Of a stretch of 64,000 nucleotides of DNA, positions 47,362 through 54,535 are shown piece after piece. The stretch lies in IMG/VR virus record IMGVR_UViG_3300047445_000186, positions 62,001-126,000 of that record; one strand, given 5' to 3'. The position numbers were made by a program, and so were the translations under genes. Every line of letters starts with the position of its first letter. Position 1 is the stretch's first letter. Below the pieces are notes generated by a model. It did not search any database, was not told the origin of the DNA, and saw only the letters and a list, made by a program, of their open reading frames with translations.

Positions 47362-47714
47362 TGAAACTCCAAGAACTCCACGAAGCAGCTGAAGGATCGG
47401 GCAAGACGATCATCAGCGATGCGTCAAAGACCTTGCGTGGGATCGCTGCAAAGCATGGGCTCGTGCTGAAGACGAACCCACGCGAAAACAAGACATCCTT
47501 TGTTTGGGACCTCGGTTTCGAACCAAACGCGGCGAACTACCACAAGATGCATTCGGGTGAAAGCGGCGTGAACAAGCTGTTCACTGATGCGATCGACAAG
47601 TTCTGGCAAGATGTCGCGAAGCTTCCAGGTGAAAAGTTCTCGAATGGTGTTAAGCTCGAGCCAGGCGTGAAACCACGTCACGGCTTCGGCCACTCGCTGA
47701 AGATCATGAAGTGA
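47361..47714 (+). CDS. late protein, MKLQEL N-terminus
   Basis: TAATG coupling. Confidence 0.8.
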   Translation: MKLQELHEAAEGSGKTIISDASKTLRGIAAKHGLVLKTNPRENKTSFVWDLGFEPNAANYHKMHSGESGVNKLFTDAIDKFWQDVAKLPGEKFSNGVKLEPGVKPRHGFGHSLKIMK

Positions 47715-47764
47715 TCCCGAAGATCAAGGTTCTCGAACAGACGATCTTGATCTACAATAGAAGT

Positions 47765-48040
47765 ACTGCAGCAATGCAGTGATTGCCGTAATTCGGACTG
47801 ACTTGATGGATTTTGGACGGGGGTTCGACTCCCCCCACCTCCACCAAAAGAAGCTTGATCGCAGGATTCTTCTGATGGGGGTGCCATGGTTTCGACAAGG
47901 TTACTGAGATGACGTACGCGGCAGGAGAGACGACCGACCTAATCGGCGTAAATGAAGTAAATGCTAACTCTGATAGCTTCCGTCTCGTCGCCTAAACAAC
48001 GACCCCGGTGAGGTCAGCCGCCTTATAAAGAAACGGTTAG
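47765..48040 (+). ncRNA. ssrA: circularly permuted (two-piece) tmRNA
   Basis: Acceptor piece first: GGACGGGGGTTCGACTCCCCC-CACCTCC-A-CCA ending 47846. A 30-nt spacer follows, then the coding piece GGGGGTG-CCATGGTTTCGAC from 47877. The acceptor helix pairs fully with G3-U70. Resume context GTAAAT-GCT; tag ANSDSFRLVA* at 47963-47995. TACAAT at 47753. Outer ends are approximate. Confidence 0.9.
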
Positions 48041-48090
48041 AAAATAGAAAGTTGATCAAGCCTCGGCCGAAGTCCTTTTGATTTTTCGCT

Positions 48091-48120
48091 ACAAGGACCT
48101 TCGGGTCCTTGTTTGTTTTC
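48091..48120 (+). terminator. terminator after tmRNA
   Basis: ACAAGGACC-TTCG-GGTCCTTGT-TTGTTTT. Confidence 0.8.
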
Positions 48121-48160
48121 TGGGCCTGTAAATACCGGTTTCATACACAGAGACAGAATC

Positions 48161-48385
48161 ATGGAACCAGCTCGCATAGAAGATTACTTCTTCAAGTCCG
48201 TAGCAGCGATCGGCGACACAGGCGACACCGACGTGCATCATTTCCAGACCGATGATGAGGACTACTTCTTCTCGCCCGGTGCGAACGAGTGGCCCGATTT
48301 CTTCACTGACGGGGTTGAAGACGAGAATCCGGCGCAAGGAAAAATTCCTGCAGAAAAACCGCGCAAAATTTTCTCGTCACGCTGA
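48161..48385 (+). CDS. small acidic late protein
   Basis: TAAATA 48129; ATG 48161. Confidence 0.65.
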   Translation: MEPARIEDYFFKSVAAIGDTGDTDVHHFQTDDEDYFFSPGANEWPDFFTDGVEDENPAQGKIPAEKPRKIFSSR

Positions 48386-48405
48386 ACCCGCCCTAAATAA
48401 GCCGT

Positions 48406-49086
48406 ATGATCCTCTCTGAACTCCATGGCGGCTTTGAAGGCCAAACACTCGAACAGGTCGTGAAGGCCTTGGTCACCAAGAACAAGCTCGGATCGGCTGA
48501 TGGTTCGAACGCGATCGTTCTATACGCGCCTTCCAAGAGCTACGTTTACCGCGTGTGGGTAGACGATGCTGGGTACGAAGAGTGGCTGAAGTACGCGGTT
48601 CAGAATCAATCGAATCCGCACGTGTTGAAGGTCCTCTCAAAGGTTCGCACTGTGCAGCCGAAGCTGGCCGGAATTCCTGACGGAAAGACCGTGAAGTTCG
48701 TGAAGCTTGAAAAGCTCGGCGATCTGACGATGGAACTCGCGAACACGATCACGACCGCGTTCCAAGCGGCTGGTGAGCTTGGTGAAGCCGAACTCAGAGA
48801 GATGGAGTACGACGGCTTCGTTGAGACGATGAAAGAAACGGCCGAGATGTACACCGATGACGGTGAAGGCGATCACATCGTAAAGACCATGAAGAAGTAC
48901 GATTCGTTCTTCAAGTTCTACTATGAGCTTTCGGTCGAGAAGGGGTACCGCGACATGCACGCTGAGAACTGCATGATGCGTGGCTCTGTTCCTGTGATCA
49001 TCGACCCATTGCATCTCGATGAGAACATCATCTCGGCCTCTGACATGGTCGGTGCCCTTGACCTCGGCGGGCGCGGTCCTCGCTAA
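48406..49086 (+). CDS. protein kinase-like fold enzyme with MILSEL N-terminus
   Basis: KLGSADGSNAIV glycine-rich-loop-like, LEKL hinge, YRDMHAENCMM catalytic loop, VIIDP; TAAATA 48394. Confidence 0.7.
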   Translation: MILSELHGGFEGQTLEQVVKALVTKNKLGSADGSNAIVLYAPSKSYVYRVWVDDAGYEEWLKYAVQNQSNPHVLKVLSKVRTVQPKLAGIPDGKTVKFVKLEKLGDLTMELANTITTAFQAAGELGEAELREMEYDGFVETMKETAEMYTDDGEGDHIVKTMKKYDSFFKFYYELSVEKGYRDMHAENCMMRGSVPVIIDPLHLDENIISASDMVGALDLGGRGPR

Positions 49087-49146
49087 CCCGAACTATTTTC
49101 GGAAACGGATTGTACAGGTCTCCGGGTCTGTGTATAATTCACTCAT

Positions 49147-49221
49147 GCGCCTGTAGCTCAACGTCGGAGCAGTGGATTCTAAATCTGAAGGTCGTGGGGT
49201 AGGCACCCACCAGGCGCACCA
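49147..49221 (+). tRNA. amber-decoding tRNA (anticodon CUA) with non-canonical D and T loops
   Basis: GCGCCTG/CAGGCGC acceptor, GCTC/GAGC D stem, GTGGA-TTCTAAA-TCTGA anticodon arm (CTA at 49179-49181 by canonical spacing), AGGTC variable, GTGGG-GTAGGCA-CCCAC T arm, A73, CCA; own promoter TATAATTCAC at 49133. Confidence 0.78.
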
Positions 49222-49237
49222 AATTCTGGAGTAGGAA

Positions 49238-49348
49238 ATGAGTAGACGCAAACAGCAGGGCGATGCGCTTTTCTTGGCCATTCTTGCCGTGGTTGTCACC
49301 CTTGTGGTGATCGCCTGGATTGTGCAGACACAGTCCACCTCTTTCTAG
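49238..49348 (+). CDS. small single-TM protein (36 aa)
   Basis: Not in track; AGGA SD; MSRRKQQGDALFLAILAVVVTLVVIAWIVQTQSTSF, ends TAG. Confidence 0.55.
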   Translation: MSRRKQQGDALFLAILAVVVTLVVIAWIVQTQSTSF

Positions 49349-49382
49349 TCGTAAATAGTTTCACCAACCAAAGGAGTATTCC

Positions 49383-49727
49383 ATGAAGCTGTAGAACCTC
49401 AAGTCGTACCTTTACACGATTTCTCGCCGCGATCTCCCCCTCGCGCAACAGGCCGTTCAAGCTGCCCACGCTGGCATCGAGCACGCCTATCAATTTGGTC
49501 GCCCTGCCGATCACCATCCCTCGTACATTCACCTGACGATTCGCGACAAGCATCAGCTTGAGCAACTCCGTGCGCGTCTCCACAGCGCAGGCATCGGCAC
49601 GTCCGAATTTCACGAGCCTTACCAAGACTGGGGTCTCACGGCAATCGCTTGCTGTCTGACCGAAGACAATCGCAATCTGCTCAAGGGCCTTCAGCTCTGG
49701 CGCCTTCCAACTCAGGAGATGACATGA
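49383..49727 (+). CDS. Pth2-like peptidyl-tRNA hydrolase with in-frame TAG at codon 4
   Basis: Not in track. TAAATA 49352, AAGGAG SD, ATG AAG CTG TAG, then 110 open codons: NLKSYLYTISRRDLPLAQQAVQAAHAGIEH...EFHEPYQDWGLTAIACCLTEDNRNLLKGLQLW. This matches the Pth2 V-x-R-x-DL...AQ-x-x-HA and G-x-x-T-x-x-A...L-x-L patterns. No in-frame ATG/GTG/TTG lies between the TAG and the conserved N-terminal motif. Confidence 0.8.
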
Positions 49728-50332
49728 AAATCACGTACAACGAAAATCCAATGGCCGCAACGATCGAGCTCGATGAGCATGAGAAGCGCGAGCTCCGCAA
49801 TCGAATCGAGATCAAGGAGCTGAAGGAGCTCTTGTACGACACGCACTTCCATCTGGTCGACGAGTACGACGGGAAGTACTTCGATCTGGCGAAGGCCCGA
49901 GAGAATGTGGAGCCTTCGTACTATTACGCGGACGACACCCCGACCTGCGGTCTCGAGAAGCGAGTCGAAGAACTCTACCAGTACGCGCTCAGTGAACAGA
50001 CGAGCTCCCACGCCGGTGATTGCACGTGCTTCGCCTGCTCCTGCACGAAGTGCTGGTTCGAAGGGATGCTCGGCATTGATACGATCAAGGGACTTGGGAA
50101 GCACGAAGGTCACAAGATCTACGCAGCTTTCAGCAGGGAAGGTATGACGGTCGATCGCTTGATCGCTGAGTGGGAAGCTGCTCCTCCTATCGTCGCAACC
50201 AAGGACTGGCATGAGGGTCACACTGACCGTTGGAATGCTGAACGAGCTAAGGCGCTCGCCTGGTTGAAGGAGTACCGGACGTTGGTAGGAACCACGACGG
50301 TCACCCCGGTTGGTGTCGATCGGACTCTGTGA
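49724..50332 (+). CDS. hypothetical protein with Cys cluster
   Basis: AGGAG SD, ATGA overlap with the Pth-like gene; HAGDCTCFACSCTKC. Confidence 0.85.
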   Translation: MKITYNENPMAATIELDEHEKRELRNRIEIKELKELLYDTHFHLVDEYDGKYFDLAKARENVEPSYYYADDTPTCGLEKRVEELYQYALSEQTSSHAGDCTCFACSCTKCWFEGMLGIDTIKGLGKHEGHKIYAAFSREGMTVDRLIAEWEAAPPIVATKDWHEGHTDRWNAERAKALAWLKEYRTLVGTTTVTPVGVDRTL

Positions 50333-50334
50333 AA

Positions 50335-50358
50335 CGCTATCTGTCACCTAATGCCTCT
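50335..50358 (-). repeat. dispersed 24-bp intergenic motif, copy 3 (inverted)
   Basis: CGCTATCTGTCACCTAATGCCTCT is the exact reverse complement of 401-424. Confidence 0.9.
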
Positions 50359-50388
50359 TAATTCACGCCTCACCCTAAAGGACTTCAC

Positions 50389-50997
50389 ATGACGTAGGTT
50401 TACCCCACTTCCTTCGACGAGCTCAAAGCAGCGATGCAATCAGGCACGCAAACGAGAGGGATCAGCTTCTGGGAGCATGGTTCACTTGTCTCACGCCGGT
50501 TCTGCGATCTCATGAACCCGAACCCGCAGATGATCTGGCGACTGCCTGCTTGGTTCACTGAGCACGCGGATTGGATTCGCGAGACGCTGATGCCTCACTT
50601 CGAGAACATCGCGATCTACCACCAATGGCACGATTGCGGTAAGCCGTACTGCAAGACGATCGACGAAGACGGCAAGGTCCATTATCCAGATCACGCTGAA
50701 ACGTCTGCAAAGATCTGGAATTCGCTCACTCAAGGACAAACTGACCCTTGGGCGAAGGACAATCGTTGGATTGGTTGCCTGATCCGCGATGACATGCTTT
50801 GTCATCAACTCCGTCCAGCCGATGCAGAGGCTTTCGCCTTGAACCCGAACGCTGTCACGCTTCTCACGACCGCATTGTGCGAGCTGCATGCGAACGCCTC
50901 CATGTTCGGAGGTCTCGAATCCGACTCTTTCAAGATCAAGTACAAGCGTCTTGATAAGTGCGGTGCTACTATTCTCAATAAACTCACGAAGGAATAA
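50389..50997 (+). CDS. HD-domain phosphohydrolase with in-frame TAG at codon 3
   Basis: AAGGA SD 6 nt before ATG ACG TAG GTT TAC CCC..., in frame with track ORF 50434..50997; EHG...WHDCGKPYC...DGKVHYPDHAETSAKIW HD motifs. ATG 50434 lacks an obvious SD. Confidence 0.8.
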
Positions 50998-50999
50998 TC

Positions 51000-51260
51000 A
51001 TGGAATTCAATTCACGCTCTACCTATCTCGCCGCCGTCAAGGACTGGCAATTCAAATACTTCTCGAAGATCGCCGAGATCCGAGCGATCAAGCTGAAGTT
51101 CAAGGACGTTCATCGTGAACAGGCGAAAGGAAAGTTCGCGCACGTGTACGGTCTTCGCAGCGAACTGCACGACGCGCAGAATGATCTTGTGAAGCTTGTC
51201 GTTCAGCGAGAAGAAGGCCGACGAGAAGCACATCGTCAGTACATCGCCGCGCACTCCTGA
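51000..51260 (+). CDS. helical hypothetical protein
   Basis: AAGGA SD, TAATCATG coupling. Confidence 0.8.
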   Translation: MEFNSRSTYLAAVKDWQFKYFSKIAEIRAIKLKFKDVHREQAKGKFAHVYGLRSELHDAQNDLVKLVVQREEGRREAHRQYIAAHS

Positions 51261-51326
51261 ACCAGAGTTTGTACGTCAGCTCGAGCTGGGTTGACGTACA
51301 ATGTGGTTACTCGCTAACACTAACTA

Positions 51327-51635
51327 ATGGCGAGAATGAATACAGAACGAGTTTGGTACAAGGCGAAGCTGCTCCCAGCAGCCCAGTCAATTTTTACAGA
51401 AGGTTTCTACCCGGAACCGAAGGCTAGAACTGGGTCCCAGTACGTGTACTTCACTCAGGTGGACTCTGCTCCTACGAATTCGAAGGTGCTGATTGCATCT
51501 CGACTCGCGGAGAACTCTTTCCGTATGTTGACGTTGGAACTGGCGAAGCATTGTCTTGAACCAGGCGATAAGGCAACGCGCGCTGAGATGAGTGAGCTGA
51601 ATCGTTTAAGCGCGCATCTCGAAAAGCACGTATGA
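51327..51635 (+). CDS. hypothetical protein
   Basis: TACAAT upstream at 51297; overlap with the next gene. Confidence 0.6.
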   Translation: MARMNTERVWYKAKLLPAAQSIFTEGFYPEPKARTGSQYVYFTQVDSAPTNSKVLIASRLAENSFRMLTLELAKHCLEPGDKATRAEMSELNRLSAHLEKHV

Positions 51636-52123
51636 CCCGCAATCTCTGGCTTGATCTCGAAGACACGATCATCGCTCCTGTGACGAACGGCTGGCCTCAG
51701 ACGTCGCTCGTGAACGAGGAGAAGATCTTGGCGTTCATCGAGGAATACAAGCCAGACCACGTGCACATCTTCTCGTTCGCAATCTGGAACCAGTTCGAAT
51801 TCCGCGCGTTCCAGTTGTTCACACAGCCGATGATCGAGCGCGTGCTGATGATCAAGCTTGACGTGATTCCAACAGTCGATGATCACATCATCAAGGCCTG
51901 TTGCCGCGTTATGAAGATGGCGCACGAGTACGTTGACTTCGAGGAGATGAGCAACTTCTGGGGAAAGCACGAAGCATTCCGCCTGTTCCTCCGCGATCGG
52001 TACAAGTCAGGATCGGTCGAGACTGATCACGTTCTGCTCGATGACGCCGTGTTCAACGAAGAATTCGTGTGGCCTGATCTGAAGATCAAGGGCCGCGTCC
52101 TGAATATTGATCAAATGAAATGA
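51632..52123 (+). CDS. HAD-superfamily hydrolase
   Basis: LWLDLEDTII motif I, VHIFS motif II, KHE, VLLDD motif IV. Confidence 0.75.
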   Translation: MTRNLWLDLEDTIIAPVTNGWPQTSLVNEEKILAFIEEYKPDHVHIFSFAIWNQFEFRAFQLFTQPMIERVLMIKLDVIPTVDDHIIKACCRVMKMAHEYVDFEEMSNFWGKHEAFRLFLRDRYKSGSVETDHVLLDDAVFNEEFVWPDLKIKGRVLNIDQMK

Positions 52124-52230
52124 CGTTCCTTTCATCATTCACTGCGCTCCCAGCAATCGGTCCAGAGAACCGAGTACAGCAGTGGGATCGAATCACTGAC
52201 GTGAGAATAACAATTCCAAGGAGAGAACCA

Positions 52231-52578
52231 ATGGCCCAGAACCCTGTATTTGAAACCTTCGATGAAGACGCGATCGTGACTCGTGAAGGACTGATCCGCG
52301 CACTTCAAGCCGGTAAAGTTCGAGTAGCATTCACGACAGCAGACGGCTCGCCGCGCGACATGGAATGCACGCTGAACGAAAGCCTGATTCCTACTGAGCA
52401 GCGTCCTGTGAAGGCGCCAATCACTACTCTGCAAGACATCGCGTACGCACCTGATCCGAGAACGATCGCCGAAGCTACCAAGGTCCAAGACCCGAATTTG
52501 ATCAAAGTGTACGCGCTTGACCGTCAAGGCTGGCGTTCGTTCCGCTTTGAACGACTACTTTCCCACTCAAACCCCTGA
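52231..52578 (+). CDS. WYL_2/Sm-like beta-barrel protein (T4 61.1-like)
   Basis: AAGGAG SD before ATG 52231; VRVAFTTADGSPRDMECTL...IKVYALDRQGWRSFRFERL. Confidence 0.8.
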   Translation: MAQNPVFETFDEDAIVTREGLIRALQAGKVRVAFTTADGSPRDMECTLNESLIPTEQRPVKAPITTLQDIAYAPDPRTIAEATKVQDPNLIKVYALDRQGWRSFRFERLLSHSNP

Positions 52579-52584
52579 AAGAAC

Positions 52585-52905
52585 ATGGAAGTTAAATCAT
52601 TCCTCCTGCAAACTGGTCAAGAGATCATTGCTGAAATCGTCGCGCACTCGTCTTCGGATGAGAAGTGGACAATCCACAATCCACTGGCCGTGCACATCAT
52701 GCAAGGTCCAGACGGCAAGCCACAGCTCGGCTTCGCACCGATCTCGATGATCCACAAGACTGACGTCGACATCGTCGTGCACCGCACTTCGCTGTTGCTC
52801 GAACCTGTCGAAGTCGAAGAAGCGGTCGCGTCCTCGTACATCCAACAACAGACTGGCCTGATCGTCGCTCCAACGGCGCTGGGCAAGCAAATCCTGCACA
52901 GCTAA
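52585..52905 (+). CDS. Sm-like fold hypothetical protein
   Basis: VKSFLLQTGQEIIAEI...IHNP...FAP. Confidence 0.75.
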   Translation: MEVKSFLLQTGQEIIAEIVAHSSSDEKWTIHNPLAVHIMQGPDGKPQLGFAPISMIHKTDVDIVVHRTSLLLEPVEVEEAVASSYIQQQTGLIVAPTALGKQILHS

Positions 52906-52906
52906 G

Positions 52907-53056
52907 ATGCTAGACCTCTTGAAGAAATACGGCGTGAAAGCCGGCCTCGCAGCAGCGATTGTGGTTGCACTCACCGTGATCCCGCTGTACTTCCAATACA
53001 AGACGACCGTTGATTTCGATGCTAGAATCACGGCTCTCGAAAAGGCTGCAAAGTGA
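52907..53056 (+). CDS. small single-TM protein (49 aa)
   Basis: Not in track; MLDLLKKYGVKAGLAAAIVVALTVIPLYFQY...; GTGA overlap with the next gene. Confidence 0.6.
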   Translation: MLDLLKKYGVKAGLAAAIVVALTVIPLYFQYKTTVDFDARITALEKAAK

Positions 53057-53304
53057 ACGCAACTGAACAATTCCGGCAACTGGTCGAGCAGCTCGCATAC
53101 TACGATCACGAGAACGACACGGACGTGGTCTCGCAGACCGTGATCCTGGTGAACGACCTCGTTGCAGAACAAGCGACGCAGGCCGAAGCAATCGATGCAT
53201 TCACCGGGTACGCTGAGGCTCTGGCTGAAATTCTGGATGATGCCGAGCAACGCACGCTCGTTCAGTCCGTGTTCAAACAGATTCCGACTCTGCTGTTCCT
53301 GTAA
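53053..53304 (+). CDS. hypothetical helical protein
   Basis: GTG start overlapping the upstream stop. Confidence 0.7.
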   Translation: MNATEQFRQLVEQLAYYDHENDTDVVSQTVILVNDLVAEQATQAEAIDAFTGYAEALAEILDDAEQRTLVQSVFKQIPTLLFL

Positions 53305-53324
53305 GGTCTGTCCTGGAGTAAAAT

Positions 53325-53348
53325 AGCACCCATCACGGGTGCTTTTTC
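53325..53348 (+). terminator. rho-independent terminator
   Basis: AGCACCC-ATCAC-GGGTGCT-TTTT. Confidence 0.75.
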
Positions 53349-53405
53349 GCATCCAGCCTAGCCGATCCTGTAAATAAAGACGAACTAAATCATTAGGAAT
53401 TTCGT

Positions 53406-54080
53406 ATGAAGATGCTGCAAGAACTGCTCACGCTCCGTGAAGCTTTTGAAAAGATTGAGCTGAAGGACCTGATCACTCACTTCCCAAAGTTCCACGGTAA
53501 GGCTCTCGAAAAGCTGTGGGGCGGCTCACGTCTCGTTTGGAACGGCGACGCGTTCTTCACCGACAGTCAATGGGGTCCTGCGTACAAGAAGTCTGTCGCT
53601 GCTTGCGAAGCGTACGCGAAAGACGGGTACAACACTGACGCAACGATCTCGCTCGACACGGGTGGTATCGGTGAATCGCACCACGGTGGTGACTTCACGT
53701 TCGACATCGAATTCAAGGATGCCGATATGCAGGAAGTCTATTGCGGTTACCGCACTGAAGACGACACGCTGTTCATCGGGTTCGACACCTGGGTCTCGGA
53801 AGACGCTTTCAACGAAGCTTGGGACAAGGAATTCCAGAACGAAACCGGCGAAGAATTCGATCACGAGAACGATCAGCACCGCGAAGTGTTCGACAAGGCA
53901 TGGGCTGAGTACCAGCGCGAAGGCCTCGGCATGTGGGGTGTTCTGTACTCGATCACGCACGGCGACGATGCATACACGGCTGAAGCAACTGATGCTCAAC
54001 CAGGCGGCTTCTACCGCGGGATCTACAAGAAGATGAAGGCTGATCAGGGTAACGAGATCATCGATCTTCGTCTGGACTGA
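53406..54080 (+). CDS. acidic late protein, MKMLQEL N-terminus
   Basis: TAAATA 53371, AGGA SD. Confidence 0.85.
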   Translation: MKMLQELLTLREAFEKIELKDLITHFPKFHGKALEKLWGGSRLVWNGDAFFTDSQWGPAYKKSVAACEAYAKDGYNTDATISLDTGGIGESHHGGDFTFDIEFKDADMQEVYCGYRTEDDTLFIGFDTWVSEDAFNEAWDKEFQNETGEEFDHENDQHREVFDKAWAEYQREGLGMWGVLYSITHGDDAYTAEATDAQPGGFYRGIYKKMKADQGNEIIDLRLD

Positions 54081-54082
54081 TC

Positions 54083-54529
54083 ATGAAATTCGGTCTGATC
54101 GTGGAGATCAACGAACTCCTGAGCGAAGGTGCTGCAGAAGGTTTTGATCCAAGCGGCAAATTTGTAGGCTGGTCACTGCGACTGCTGGCGACTGCCTCTG
54201 GCCACAAGGTCTCTCCAGGTCTTGGGGCCATTCATGGTGACGTGATCTTCTTCAAGAACGAATTAGAAGCCCGTGCAGCGGTCAAGAAAGCTGGCATGGA
54301 CGGATTCCGGTTCGCGACTCCAGCAGAATTCAAGCTCCTGAAGGCGAATGGATTCGGTATTCGTCTGAAGGAAGAAGTAGTCGTGCACGACATGGGCGAC
54401 GGCCTGAAGGCTTACTCGATCTTGAAGGACAGCTCCTGGCACAAGAACGCCTACAAGGAAGTTCCGAAGGACGCCTGGTCGATCGGTAAGTTCGTGACCC
54501 TGCACAGACAAGATCGTCGTCAAGACTGA
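54083..54529 (+). CDS. late protein (MK...ELLSEG N-terminus)
   Basis: TGATCATG coupling. Confidence 0.8.
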   Translation: MKFGLIVEINELLSEGAAEGFDPSGKFVGWSLRLLATASGHKVSPGLGAIHGDVIFFKNELEARAAVKKAGMDGFRFATPAEFKLLKANGFGIRLKEEVVVHDMGDGLKAYSILKDSSWHKNAYKEVPKDAWSIGKFVTLHRQDRRQD

Positions 54530-54535
54530 TCCCGA

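Noticed and set aside
49171-49190. Reading the 49147 tRNA as Arg(TCT)
   Set aside because: That register gives an unpaired stem (AGTGG/ATCTG) and breaks canonical spacing from the D stem; CTA fits the spacing. Kept only as a refutation test.
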